DNA of 64,000 nucleotides, from positions 38,867 through 102,866 of the forward strand of contig LNFI01000010.1 in NCBI GenBank assembly GCA_001464615.1, read 5' to 3'. The notes beneath the pieces are model-generated. The model had not been told where the DNA came from. It worked only from the letters and a program-made list of their open reading frames with translations, and did not search any database. The translations under genes and the position numbers were made by a program. This DNA comes from Sphingomonadales bacterium Ga0077557 (lineage in GTDB: Bacteria; Pseudomonadota; Alphaproteobacteria; Sphingomonadales; Sphingomonadaceae). Positions within the stretch are counted from its first letter, which is position 1. Each line of letters begins with the position of its first letter. Below are positions 19,495-29,766 of this stretch, piece by piece.

Positions 19495-20737
19495 AACGCA
19501 GCACCTGGACTGGATCGGTATTGGCCGCCTTGAAGGCGGGATAAAGCGTGGCGAGAAAGCTCAGCACCAGCGCCATGGCGGCAATCACGACAATCTCGAC
19601 AGGATTGGGCTTTGATGGCAGCTCCGTCAGGAACCGGATCGACGGGTCCCAGAGATTTTGCCCCGTTACCTTCTGGATGAACCAGACGACATCCTGCCGG
19701 AAAAACAGGAAGACAAAACCGAGCACCAAGCCGGCGACCATCCCCAGCGCGCCGATTGTGGTGCCAACCACCATGAAAATCTTGATCAACCCGCCCCGCG
19801 TCGCCCCCATCGTGCGCAAAATCGCAATGTCGCGCGTCTTGGCGCGGACCAGCATGATCAGCGACGACAAAATGTTGAACACCGCGACGAGGATGATGAT
19901 CGACAGCACCGTGAACATCGCGATCCGTTCAACCTCCAGCGCTTCGAACAATTGCGCATTGAGCTGACGCCAATCCGCCACCAATCCGCGGCTGCCGACC
20001 CGGGCGGCAAAGGGGGCAATGATCGTTCCGACCTGATCGGCGTTGACGGTATCAAGTTCAACCACGCCAACCGCGTCGCCCATCAATAGCAACGACTGTG
20101 CGTCGCCCAGCGGCATGACCACATAGGCCTTGTCATAATCATACACGCCAATCTCGAAAATGGCGCCGACCGTGTAGGAGACGATCCGCGGCACCGTCCC
20201 AAAGGGCGTTGTCTGGCCTTGCGGGCTCAATAGCGAAATCTGGCTGCCGACCTGCGCGCCCAGCGCCTCCGCCAGCCTTGATCCGATGCCAATCCGGCCG
20301 CTGCCCGGTGTCAGGCTGGCAAGCGATCCGCTCAATTCCTTGCCCTTTAGCGTGGCATTGGAGCGGATATCGGCGACGCGCATCCCGCGCACCAAAATTG
20401 CCTCCACCCGGCCATTATAGGTGGCCATCAACGGCTGCTCGATTAGCGGGGTCGCCTGCGTAATCCCCGGGGTCTCGCGCGCCTGGGCGACGATCTCGCG
20501 CCAATCGGGCAAGCGTCCGCCATAGCCCTGCACTACCGCATGGCCATTCAGCCCGACGATCTTGTCGAACAGCTCCGCGCGAAAGCCGTTCATCACGCTC
20601 ATCACGATGACCAAGGCGGCAACCCCAAGCATCACCGCGGCCAGGCTGATCCCGGCAACAAGAAAGATAAACCCTTCCCCCTTGCCGGGCAAAAGATAGC
20701 GGCGCGCGATCATCCGTTCATAGCGCGAAAGGAGCAT
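19487..20737 (-). CDS. lolC: Lipoprotein-releasing ABC transporter permease LolC/E
   Basis: [46 protein letters not shown]; start set at MLLSRYE. Confidence 0.93.
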   Translation of the reverse strand: MLLSRYERMIARRYLLPGKGEGFIFLVAGISLAAVMLGVAALVIVMSVMNGFRAELFDKIVGLNGHAVVQGYGGRLPDWREIVAQARETPGITQATPLIEQPLMATYNGRVEAILVRGMRVADIRSNATLKGKELSGSLASLTPGSGRIGIGSRLAEALGAQVGSQISLLSPQGQTTPFGTVPRIVSYTVGAIFEIGVYDYDKAYVVMPLGDAQSLLLMGDAVGVVELDTVNADQVGTIIAPFAARVGSRGLVADWRQLNAQLFEALEVERIAMFTVLSIIILVAVFNILSSLIMLVRAKTRDIAILRTMGATRGGLIKIFMVVGTTIGALGMVAGLVLGFVFLFFRQDVVWFIQKVTGQNLWDPSIRFLTELPSKPNPVEIVVIAAMALVLSFLATLYPAFKAANTDPVQVLRYE

Positions 20738-21022
20738 AGTGTGCGGTCCCAAGCCCCCGCCCGGAATTGGGCAATGGCCCATCTAGGGTGCCGTCATGGC
20801 GCTGGCAACCGGGTCTCCCCCTGTTGCGAATTCGCCACAGGCCGCGCCAATAGTGCACAAGACCGCCGATTCACCGATGACAATCCCCCCTGCTCGACCT
20901 AGCGTTTCTCCACTGACACACAGGCAATGGCCGTGGTTCGGGGATGCCTGATGCCTTTGAGCGCGAACAGGGGCGCACGCTTGGGCTAGGGTTAAAAAAG
21001 GGGGCTGACGAGCGATCGTCAC

Positions 21023-21058
21023 GCAGGCGCCCGGGCTGGAAACGGTCCGGGCGTTTGC
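21023..21058. terminator. GC-rich hairpin with GAAA loop downstream of the TBDR
   Basis: GCAGGCGCCCGGGCTG-GAAA-CGGTCCGGGCGTTTGC (with G-U pairs). Confidence 0.45.
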
Positions 21059-21068
21059 TGTTTTACCC

Positions 21069-23510
21069 TCAAAAACTTTTCGACACGGTGAAACCAAAAG
21101 TACGCGGATCGCCGGGCTGGCCGACGACCAAGCCGGTGTTGCCCGCTTGCAACGCGAGCAGATCGAAATAATTCTGGTCAAAGGCGTTGCGAACCCACGC
21201 AAACGCATTCCACTTATCGCGTGCCTTCACCCAAATACGGAAGTTGCTGATCGCATAGCCAGCGACATCGGTGTAGAATGACCGCGACGGATTTGACGAG
21301 AAATTAGATCGGTAACTGCCGTCATAGCCAATATAAAATTGGCTATCGGCGCCCATGATCCGCTCCGGAACAGAATATTCGGCGCCATAGGAAAAGGCCC
21401 ATTCGGAAACGCCGGGGAGTCGCTGGCCAGAGATGTTGCAGTTCGGCGGGCTGAATCCCCCAGGGGTTGCCGCGGGGCTGGCCGGGTTGGTCGCAGTGGC
21501 CGTCGCGCCACCGGCCAATTCGGGCGGGCACGGCGCATCGGTGAAGCGCACGTAACGCGCATCGGTATAGGCGCCATTGGCATAGAGGCTAATCCGCGAT
21601 GTCGGGCGGAAGGCCGAATCAATCTCGATTCCGCGCGTCCGCACCTCGCCCGCATTGGCCAGATAGCCGCGCAAGACGCCAAGCTGCCCATTGGTGACGG
21701 TCGCCTGATAATCCTCAATGTCGGTCCAGAACGCCGAAAAGTTCACCGTCGCGCGGCGATCCAGAAACTGGGTCTTCAGGCCAAGCTCGAAATGATTGAC
21801 CCGCTCAGGCTTGACCGTCGCCGAGGCAAGGATGGGGTTATTGGCGCCGTCGAGCGGCAGGCCGGACAGATTAATCCCGCCCGATTTGTTGCTGCGCGCA
21901 TAGGTCGCATAGCCCAGCACGTCGCCGGTGAACTGGTACGACGCGGTAATATCGCCCGACACGTTCCAGTCGTCGAATCTGGGCTGATAGCGTTGCGGGG
22001 CCAAAACGCCGCGCTGATCGGCATTCAGGATCGTACTGCCCGTTCCAGTTGTAACGAGCGAGACGAATGACCCGCTTTTCTCGTCATAATTCACACGGAT
22101 GCCCGGCGCGATCGCCAGCTTTTCTGTGACGTGCCAGGTCAGCTTGCCGAACACGGCGGCGCTGGTGTTGGTAAAGCCAATCGTGTTGCGCGCCGTCAGA
22201 GTATTGAGCACCGCCGGATTGTTGGCGTTGGCGGTGGTGGGGTTCAGCAGGAAACGGCTGGCGGCAGTTCCCTGCACCTGCAACCCCTGGGTGTCGATCT
22301 TCTGATAGAAATAGAAGGCGCCGACCACATAATCGAGCGTGTTGGTGCCGTTCGATGCGAGACGAACCTCCTGCGTGAACTGGCTTTGTTGCGACGGATT
22401 GGCTGACACTGTCGTGATCGGCAGACCTATAAAATCGCGGTCGTTCGACGGCGTCCAGTGCCAGAAGCGATAGGCGCTTACCGAGGTCAGCGTCGACCCG
22501 CCAAGATTCCAGTTTGCGAGCAGCGAACCGCCGCCAAGCTCCCGAAGCGCGCGCAACGGCGAATCGACGTCAGTTACCCGGTCAAATGGATTGGTTGAGG
22601 GCACGGTGTAATTGAACGCTGCCGCCAGGGCCGCATATTGGCGGCTAAGCGGGCGCTGGGTAGTGCCGACGCGCGCATAATATTGGACGCAGCAGATCGG
22701 GTCCTGGCGGTTATAATCACCGTACAGCGTCAGATCGAGATTGTCGGTCGCACGCAGCAGCAACTGGCCGCGGACGCTGACGTTATCCTGGCTGTTCTGA
22801 AACTCGTTCTGGCGCACGTTGAAGATCGTACCCCGCCGCGAGGTGATTGACGTTGACAGCCGCAGCACCAGCTTGTCGCTGATCAACGGGCCAGAGATCG
22901 ACGCCTTACCCTGAAAGAAATCATAATTGCCGCCGGTCAGTTCAACCCGTGCCTCGGGCGAGAAGCTGGGCGCGCGCGTGATGACGTTAATCGCGCCGGC
23001 AGTGGTGTTCTTGCCGTAAAGCGTCCCTTGCGGCCCTCAGAGCACCTCAATCCGTTCAGTATCGGTGAAGTCGAACGTCGCCGACGCGATCCGGCTGTAA
23101 TAGACTTGGTCGACATAGATGCCGACGCCCTGTTCGATCCCGTCATTGGTCAGGCCGAATGGTGCGCCCAGGCCCCGGATGTTAGCGGCGGAATTGCGGG
23201 GGTTGGTCGAATAGAATTGCAGCGATGGCTGCAGCTGGGTCAACCGGCCGACATTATAGGTCCCGGTTTCGGCCAGCGCTTGCCCGCCGATCAGCGAAAT
23301 TGCGATCGGTATGCGCTGTGCCGTCTCATTGCGGCGGCGGGCGCTGACGACGATGTCGCCGCTCCCTTGCTGCGCGGTGCCGAGCTTGCCGGTGTCGTCT
23401 CCGGGCGTTTGCTGGACCGCGACCTGATCTGCATCGGGCGGTGCGACAGGAGGTTCACCCGCATTGGCGGTCGCCTGGGCAAGTAACATGATGGAAAGAG
23501 TAGCGAACAT
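21069..23510 (-). pseudogene. TonB-dependent receptor with a single in-frame TGA
   Basis: Signal peptide, TonB box GDIVVSARR, plug, barrel ending in F. ORFs 23037..23510 and 21069..22886 are in the same frame, separated only by TGA (23037-23039) in IEVL*GPQGTLYGKN, where R is the consensus. Confidence 0.9.
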
Positions 23511-23661
23511 GATGCCCCCTCTTGCTTTCCTTGGCCCCTCGATCCCGATCGAGCGCCCTAATCTGCCAAATATCTATTGATTTGATGGGAATTCGATCAC
23601 TGGCTGATCTTGAGCGCGGGAAAGAGAAAATTTCTTGCCGCGAGAATCTGTGCAATCGCCT

Positions 23662-23689
23662 CTTGAACCAGCGACCAACCGCCCCAAAT
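23662..23689 (+). promoter_or_regulatory. Probable RpoH (sigma32) promoter
   Basis: CTTGAA-N14-CCCCAAAT upstream of the small heat-shock gene. Confidence 0.6.
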
Positions 23690-23694
23690 TCGCG

Positions 23695-23795
23695 GTCGTA
23701 CGGTGCCTATGGGGCCGTACCGACAACGGTGTCGCGCATTGGCGGGCACCGGAATCGACGTTCATCTTGCTCAAAAAAAAGAGGATTTGAAAATG
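23695..23795 (+). ncRNA. ROSE-type RNA thermometer (cis-regulatory 5' UTR)
   Basis: Two upstream hairpins plus AUCUUGCUC-A8-GAGGAU, with the UUGCU signature pairing the SD. Confidence 0.8.
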
Positions 23796-24254
23796 CGTCA
23801 GTTTGATTTGACCCCCTACCGCCGCTCGGCGATTGGCTTTGACCGGCTTTTCGACATGCTCGAAACCAATGCGCGCCAGACGACGTCTGAGAATTATCCG
23901 CCCTTCAATCTCGAACGGCTCGCTGATGATCGATATCGGATCACGCTTGCTGTCGCAGGGTTTGCCCGTGACGATATCGAGATTGTCGCCCAGCAGAATC
24001 TGCTGGTGATCAAGGGCAAGAAGGAAGACGTGACCGAGGATCGCGCCTTTCTGCATCTCGGCATTGCCAATCGCAGCTTCGAACGCCGCTTTGAACTCGC
24101 CGATTTCGTGCGGGTCGATGATGCGCGGCTCAACGACGGGCTGCTGACGATCGATCTGCTGCGCGAAGTGCCTGAGGCGATGAAGCCGAAGACCATCGCG
24201 ATCAAGTCAGGCGCACCGCTACAGGTGATCAAGGAAGACAGCGTGGCCGCCTGA
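23793..24254 (+). CDS. ibpA: Small heat shock protein Hsp20
   Basis: MRQFDLTPYRRSAIGFDRLFD, YPPFN, LAVAGF, GIANRSFERRF, GLLTIDL. Confidence 0.93.
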   Translation: MRQFDLTPYRRSAIGFDRLFDMLETNARQTTSENYPPFNLERLADDRYRITLAVAGFARDDIEIVAQQNLLVIKGKKEDVTEDRAFLHLGIANRSFERRFELADFVRVDDARLNDGLLTIDLLREVPEAMKPKTIAIKSGAPLQVIKEDSVAA

Positions 24255-24351
24255 TTGCGGCGACGGGTTGGTTGCGGTGGTGATGCTGTGCGGCCTGCCC
24301 TGCGCTGTGTCGCGGTGACCCAGCACTAGCCTGTCGTAAACACGTAAAATG

Positions 24352-24384
24352 GGTGCCCGGACATCACAGTTCGGGCACCTTTTT
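24352..24384 (+). terminator. Rho-independent terminator
   Basis: GGTGCCCGGAC-atcaca-GTTCGGGCACC-TTTTT. Confidence 0.75.
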
Positions 24385-24576
24385 GGCCCAAGAGGCTCCA
24401 AATCTACCTAAACATGCGGGCGAGCGACTGCGTCCTGTCTGGCGCCGATTCAGCGACATCGCCCCCGCCGATCCAGAGTCGGCACCTTGCAATATCTTCT
24501 TGGCTGACGTCATTTGTCGCCAATGCTGCGGAGACCTTTGGTCGCGCGCAGCGGCGGGGCGAGGCGAGCGATCATC

Positions 24577-26007
24577 ATGGGCGATTCCGGCAAGTCATCA
24601 CGATCCGTCGCGGCAGGGCCATTGCGGCGCGTGAACCGCGGGATCATGTCGGTATGGATGGGCTGGGGCACGCGCGTACTGCCCTTTGCCGATGTCGCGA
24701 CCGAGGATCTGCCGCTGTCCCGACTGCTGCGGTTGTCGCTAATCCAGGTGTCAGTCGGGGTATCGCTGGTGTTGCTGGCGGGGACGCTCAACCGGGTGAT
24801 GATCGTCGAACTGGGCGTGCCGGCCACGCTGGTTGGCGTGATGCTGGCGCTGCCGCTGCTCTTCGCGCCGTTCCGCGCCCTTATTGGGTTTCGATCGGAT
24901 CGGCACCAATCTGCACTGGGCTGGCGGCGCGTGCCCTTTATCTTTCGCGGCACGATGCTGCAATTTGGCGGGCTGGCGATGATGCCCTTTGCCCTGCTGG
25001 TGCTGGCGGGCGCGGGGCAATCGAGCACGGCCCCTGCCTGGATCGGCCAAGCGGCTGCCGGCATTGCTTTCCTGCTCGTTGGCGCAGGCGTGCATATCAC
25101 CCAAACCGTCGGGCTCGCGCTCGCGACCGATCAAGCCCCTGAATCGGCGCATCCCAACATTGTCGGGCTGATGTATTCAATGCTGCTGATCGGCATGATC
25201 TTGGCGGCCCTGCTCTTTGGCGCGGCGCTGGCGGATTTCTCGCACGGTCGGCTGATCCAGGTGATCCAGGGGACGGCGGTGATCACCTTCGTCCTCAATG
25301 TCTCGGCCCTTTGGAAGCAAGAGGCGCGCAATACCAGCCGACCGGAAGAGGTCGAGCGGACCTTTCAGCAATCCTGGGCGCTTTATGCCGCCGAAGCGCA
25401 TGCAGTACGGCGGCTGGTTGCCGTAGCCCTTGGCACGCTGGCGTTCAGCATGGAGGATATCCTGCTTGAACCGTATGGCGGGCAGATACTTGGGCTGGGT
25501 GTGGGCGATACGACCAAGCTGACGGCAACCTTTGCTGGTGGCGGGCTGCTTGGCTTTGCGCTTGCCTCGCGCATCCTCAGCCGCGGCTTCGATCCGTTTC
25601 GCATGGCGACAATCGGCGCGCTGATCGGCATCCCAGCCTTTGTGATGGTGATCGCATCGGCACCCCTTCAACAGGTGCCAATGTTTGTCGCTGGCGTCGC
25701 GCTGATCGGCTTTGGCGGCGGGCTGTTCGGCCATGGCACGCTGACTGCGACAATGAACTATGCGCCCAAGGATCAGATTGGGCTCGCGCTGGGCAGCTGG
25801 GGCGCGGCACAGGCGACGGCCGCAGGCGTTGGCGCGGCGCTGGGCGGATTCTTGCGCGATGTCGTCAATCCCGCAGGCCTCGCGCTGCCATGGCAACCGG
25901 CAGCGACGGGCTACATCCTTGTCTATGCGCTGGAGATCATGTTGCTCATCGCCACGCTGGCCACGATGCTGCCCCTTCTCCACTCGGGACGCCGGGCACC
26001 CGCATAG
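24577..26007 (+). CDS. pucC: PucC/LhaA-family (BCD) MFS light-harvesting assembly factor
   Basis: LPFADVATEDLPLSRLLRLSL, GTLNRVMIVEL, GFRSD...LGWRRVP, DILLEPYGG, LGSWGAAQATA; start uncertain (24514/24577/24646). Confidence 0.92.
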   Translation: MGDSGKSSRSVAAGPLRRVNRGIMSVWMGWGTRVLPFADVATEDLPLSRLLRLSLIQVSVGVSLVLLAGTLNRVMIVELGVPATLVGVMLALPLLFAPFRALIGFRSDRHQSALGWRRVPFIFRGTMLQFGGLAMMPFALLVLAGAGQSSTAPAWIGQAAAGIAFLLVGAGVHITQTVGLALATDQAPESAHPNIVGLMYSMLLIGMILAALLFGAALADFSHGRLIQVIQGTAVITFVLNVSALWKQEARNTSRPEEVERTFQQSWALYAAEAHAVRRLVAVALGTLAFSMEDILLEPYGGQILGLGVGDTTKLTATFAGGGLLGFALASRILSRGFDPFRMATIGALIGIPAFVMVIASAPLQQVPMFVAGVALIGFGGGLFGHGTLTATMNYAPKDQIGLALGSWGAAQATAAGVGAALGGFLRDVVNPAGLALPWQPAATGYILVYALEIMLLIATLATMLPLLHSGRRAPA

Positions 26008-26009
26008 AG

Positions 26010-26044
26010 AAAGGGGCAGGGATGCTGGATCCCTGCCCCTTTTT
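26010..26044. terminator. Bidirectional terminator between pucC and pucA
   Basis: AAAGGGGCAGGGAT-gctgg-ATCCCTGCCCCTTT(TT), perfect 14-bp stem. Confidence 0.88.
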
Positions 26045-26082
26045 CATTTCAGCCTTATGCACTGCCCGAGCAGCGCCGAAGA

Positions 26083-26331
26083 CTATTTCGCTGCTTCGTT
26101 CGTTGCCATGGCATCGGCGGCCGGTGCCATTTCTGCTGCTGGTTCAGCAGCAGCTGGTGCAGCAGCAGCCGGAGCTTCTACTTTAGATGCACCCTGCCAG
26201 AATGAATCGACCCATGTCGTATGCGTCATGATCGACGCATGAACGAGCAGTGATGCCGTCACAAAGGCAATGAAGAACAGCGGTAGACCGACATTAGGGC
26301 TGACATACAGCCAGATACGTCCTTCTTTCAT
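26083..26331 (-). CDS. pucA: LH2 light-harvesting alpha polypeptide with Ala/Pro/Glu-rich C-terminal tail
   Basis: MKEGRIWLYVSPNVGLP...LLVH(31)ASIMTHTTW(40)VDSFWQG aligns with MNQGKIWTVVNP..G.P...VH....HTTW..YWQG. Confidence 0.93.
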   Translation of the reverse strand: MKEGRIWLYVSPNVGLPLFFIAFVTASLLVHASIMTHTTWVDSFWQGASKVEAPAAAAPAAAEPAAEMAPAADAMATNEAAK

Positions 26332-26346
26332 CGTCAGTCCTCCCGA

Positions 26347-26502
26347 TCAATGCAGCCAAGGGGAATAGATAAATGCCAGAACATGCGCGGCGATCGCGAT
26401 GCCAGCATAAATCCGGGTCCCCCACATCAGGCCTTCTTGAATTTCTTCGGCCTGTTTTGGCGTGAGCCCGGTCGGATAGACCATGTCACTATCGTCTGCC
26501 AT
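26347..26502 (-). CDS. pucB: LH2 light-harvesting beta polypeptide (51 aa; absent from ORF track)
   Basis: Manual translation MADDSDMVYPTGLTPKQAEEIQEGLMWGTRIYAGIAIAAHVLAFIYSPWLH*; matches the PTGLT...GTRI....AH.LA..YSPWLH beta consensus. Confidence 0.93.
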   Translation of the reverse strand: MADDSDMVYPTGLTPKQAEEIQEGLMWGTRIYAGIAIAAHVLAFIYSPWLH

Positions 26503-26664
26503 TTTTTACCACCCTCTCTCGGGACATCAGACGGTCATTGTGCAGAAAGTGTCCCATCATCCAGCACGACCGAAAGGCGACCCGAAGGCCGTCATCCACA
26601 GATGCGATCGACGCCACGATATCGCCCGGCCAGCCCCGAAACGACCCGTACAAATCCGCACAAG

Positions 26665-26708
26665 TGTCTAGTTATCTTAACAATGGAAAGTGTCAATTCT
26701 TCGTGACG
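26665..26708. promoter_or_regulatory. Tandem PpsR/CrtJ operators overlapping the pucB promoter
   Basis: TGT-CTAGTTATCTTA-ACA (26665-26682), 8-bp spacer, TGT-CAATTCTTCGTG-ACG (26691-26708); minus-strand TTGACA at 26696-26691. Confidence 0.8.
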
Positions 26709-26737
26709 TTTTGGTGGCAGTCCAGCTGCCCCAATGA

Positions 26738-28372
26738 TCAGACGAGACGGCTCTGCCGGACGGCTGCGGCGATGAAGCTCGCGAACAGCGGGTGGGGATC
26801 GAACGGCTTGCTCTTCAGCTCAGGATGGAACTGTACGCCGACGAACCAGGGATGATCGGGGCGTTCGACGATCTCGGGGAGCATGCCATCGGGTGACATC
26901 CCCGAAAACACCAGGCCGCCCTTTTCAAGCATGTCCCGGTAGCCCGTGTTGACTTCATAGCGGTGGCGGTGGCGTTCGCTGATTTCCGCCGCACCATAGA
27001 TTGACGAGACAACGCTGTTGCCGTCGAGCCTGGCGGGATAGGCCCCCAACCGCATCGTCCCGCCGAGATCGCCGCCCTCCTCCCGCTCCTGCAGGCCGTC
27101 CGCGCTCATCCATTCGGTGATCATGCCGACAACGGGTTCAGCCGTCGGGCCGAATTCGGTCGAACTCGCATCGGCAACGCCGCCGAGGTCGCGCGCGCCT
27201 TCGATACAGGCCATCTGCATGCCGAAGCAGATGCCGAAATAGGGAATTTCACGTTCGCGCGCGAAGCGCACGCTGGCAATTTTGCCCTCCGCCCCACGCT
27301 CGCCGAACGCACCGGGGACAAGGATCGCATGCAGTGGCTCAAGCCGCGCGGCTACGTCGCTATCGGGTTGCTCGAACAGCTCGGCATCGATCCATTCGAT
27401 GTTGACCTTCACCCGATTGGCGATGCCGCCATGGACCAGCGCCTCGTTCAGCGACTTATAGGCATCCTGCAGGCCAACATATTTGCCAACCACCCCAACC
27501 GTCACTTCACCTTCGGGATTGGTTAGCCGGTCGACAATATTGGTCCAGCGCGACAAATCTGGCGCGCTACCGGGGACGATATCAAAAGCGCGCAGAACCT
27601 CTGAATCTAGCCCCTCCGCGTGATATTGCATCGGCACCGCATAGATGCTCGCGGCGTCGAGCGCGGGGATGACCGCTTCCTTGCGGACGTTGCAGAACAG
27701 CGCGATCTTCGCGCGGTCGCTCTCCGGCAGGGGATGCTCGCAACGACAGACGAGCACATCGGGCTGGACGCCCAGCGCGGCGAGTTCACGCACCGAATGC
27801 TGGGTCGGCTTGGTCTTCAGCTCACCCGCTGCGGCGATATACGGCACCAACGTCACATGGATGCTGACCGATTGGCCGCGCCCCAGATCATTCCGCAACT
27901 GGCGGATCGCCTCAATGAACGGCAGCGATTCGATATCGCCGACAGTGCCGCCAATCTCGCACAGCACAAAATCGACATCATCGGTCTGCGCCTGGGCGAA
28001 GGCCTTGATGGCGTCGGTCACGTGCGGAATTACTTGAACGGTCGCGCCCAGATAATCACCGCGCCGTTCGCGCTGAATGATCGTCTGATAGATTCGGCCA
28101 GAGGTGATATTGTCCGACTGGCGGCTCGGCACACCCGTGAACCGTTCATAATGGCCAAGATCGAGATCGGTCTCGGCACCGTCATCGGTCACATAGACTT
28201 CGCCGTGCTGATAGGGCGACATCGTGCCGGGATCGACGTTAAGATACGGATCGAACTTACGAATCCGAACGGAATAGCCCCGCGCCTGCAGCAAAGCGGC
28301 AAGGCTTGCCGCCATGAGACCCTTGCCAAGCGAGGAGACCACGCCGCCGGTGATGAAAATGAACCGCGCCAT
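26738..28372 (-). CDS. pyrG: CTP synthase
   Basis: [46 protein letters not shown]. Confidence 0.98.
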   Translation of the reverse strand: MARFIFITGGVVSSLGKGLMAASLAALLQARGYSVRIRKFDPYLNVDPGTMSPYQHGEVYVTDDGAETDLDLGHYERFTGVPSRQSDNITSGRIYQTIIQRERRGDYLGATVQVIPHVTDAIKAFAQAQTDDVDFVLCEIGGTVGDIESLPFIEAIRQLRNDLGRGQSVSIHVTLVPYIAAAGELKTKPTQHSVRELAALGVQPDVLVCRCEHPLPESDRAKIALFCNVRKEAVIPALDAASIYAVPMQYHAEGLDSEVLRAFDIVPGSAPDLSRWTNIVDRLTNPEGEVTVGVVGKYVGLQDAYKSLNEALVHGGIANRVKVNIEWIDAELFEQPDSDVAARLEPLHAILVPGAFGERGAEGKIASVRFAREREIPYFGICFGMQMACIEGARDLGGVADASSTEFGPTAEPVVGMITEWMSADGLQEREEGGDLGGTMRLGAYPARLDGNSVVSSIYGAAEISERHRHRYEVNTGYRDMLEKGGLVFSGMSPDGMLPEIVERPDHPWFVGVQFHPELKSKPFDPHPLFASFIAAAVRQSRLV

Positions 28373-28457
28373 GGGAGAAAACGCCTAGCGTTGAAATGCC
28401 GTCGCCGACAAGCACCCGACTCATGCCGGGTACCCAAAAAATCGAAAGAACCGGGAA

Positions 28458-28868
28458 TTATTGCTCCAGCGGAATAACGCTGTTGCTTGCGGGCGCCGCC
28501 GCATTGCCGGAACCCGCTGCTTCGGATGCGGCGGCTACGGCGGCAGCAGAAGGAGCCTCACCCAGGGTCGGCGCCGGTGCCCCAGGCGCTGTAATTGGTG
28601 CGCTGGTGGGCCGTGCCAATGTCGTATCAACTGACTGTGCGTGCCGCGAGGCCGCCAAAAAGGCGAGCACAATGCTCAATGATACAAACAGCGTCGCCAG
28701 GATCGATGTCGCCCGCGTCAGAAAATCGGCGGCACCGCGCGCCGACATCAGGCCAGCCGGGCTACCGCCCATCCCCAGCCCGCCACCTTCCGACCGCTGC
28801 ATCAGGATAACGCCAACAAGGGCTGCGGCCACCAGGGCGTGAACGACGAGGAGAAAGGTGAAAAACAT
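28458..28868 (-). CDS. secG: Preprotein translocase subunit SecG
   Basis: VILMQRSEGGGLG...FLTRATSILA. Confidence 0.95.
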   Translation of the reverse strand: MFFTFLLVVHALVAAALVGVILMQRSEGGGLGMGGSPAGLMSARGAADFLTRATSILATLFVSLSIVLAFLAASRHAQSVDTTLARPTSAPITAPGAPAPTLGEAPSAAAVAAASEAAGSGNAAAPASNSVIPLEQ

Positions 28869-29053
28869 AAGCGGGCTGAATTTTCCAGAAAGAAGCTCAA
28901 GCCGGGCACATAGGCGCGCACTGCGATGTGATCAACCGGGTGATCAACCGCCACTATCGTAAGCATTCGCCCAAATCGTCGCTGAAGTGAAACTACCCGC
29001 AGGATTACGCGTTGAGCCGATATGCCCATTCTTCAGAAATTGGTAACAACGCC

Positions 29054-29437
29054 ATGCAGCTAACCACCATCCCGCCCCGCGCCATGCAGCCGGAAGTGAC
29101 TGGGCTTCACCACTGGATGACGGCCCTGATTGATTATGTCCGATCAGGCGAACCCGATCTTACAAATCGCCAGATGGCTCTTTTGATGGTCGTATATCTT
29201 CAAGTCGGGCCGCATACAGTACGCGGCTTGGCGCGCGGCCTGAATGTTTCTAAACCAGTAGTGACACGCGCCTTGAATAGGCTTGGGAGCCTCGGCTATC
29301 TGCGCCGGCAACGCGACGAAAGCGATAAGCGTAACGTCTATATTGCGCGCACGATTGAAGGGGCCAATTTTCTTGAAGAGTTCGAGCATTTCCTCGGGGC
29401 AGAATCAGGGCTCTCCCCCCAATCGGGCACCGCATAA
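29054..29437 (+). CDS. MarR-type winged-helix regulator
   Basis: DLTNRQMALL...TVRGLARGLNVSKPVVTRALNRL...LRRQRDESDKRNV. Confidence 0.85.
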   Translation: MQLTTIPPRAMQPEVTGLHHWMTALIDYVRSGEPDLTNRQMALLMVVYLQVGPHTVRGLARGLNVSKPVVTRALNRLGSLGYLRRQRDESDKRNVYIARTIEGANFLEEFEHFLGAESGLSPQSGTA

Positions 29438-29756
29438 AAGCTTCGCGCTGGGTGGGTCCACCACCAAACTCGATCCACGAACAACGGCTGTCCGCGCCGA
29501 TCTGGCTGATGTCCGACTCGCAGACCATGTTTTTGCGCCGCATTATGCAGCGCCGATGGCGATGACCGTGAAGCGCTCTGGCTTTCTGCGCGCAACATCG
29601 GACAAAAATGGCGAAACGCTGGCCGAAATTATGCCCGGCGCAGTTTTCGAAGCGCTCGACTTTGCTGGCGATTCAGCCTGGGGCATCGCTGTCGATCTTG
29701 GTCTCGTCGGCTATGTCGATCGAAACATGATCGATTTTGTCGTCGCTGACGCTTAA
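29373..29756 (+). CDS. SH3-like domain protein (NlpC/P60-associated N-terminal type); start uncertain
   Basis: LDPRTTAVRADLAD..LA..VFAPHYA and AWG...LVGYV motifs. Confidence 0.65.
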   Translation: MKSSSISSGQNQGSPPNRAPHKSFALGGSTTKLDPRTTAVRADLADVRLADHVFAPHYAAPMAMTVKRSGFLRATSDKNGETLAEIMPGAVFEALDFAGDSAWGIAVDLGLVGYVDRNMIDFVVADA

Positions 29757-29766
29757 GGCCGATGCC

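Noticed and set aside
23037-23039. Selenocysteine or programmed read-through at the TBDR TGA
   Set aside because: The position is a conserved Arg (CGA is one transition away), not Cys; no evidence for a SECIS element.
26539-26556. Third possible PpsR site TGT-N12-CCA
   Set aside because: Imperfect half-site within the presumed transcribed leader; better explained by an RNA stem.
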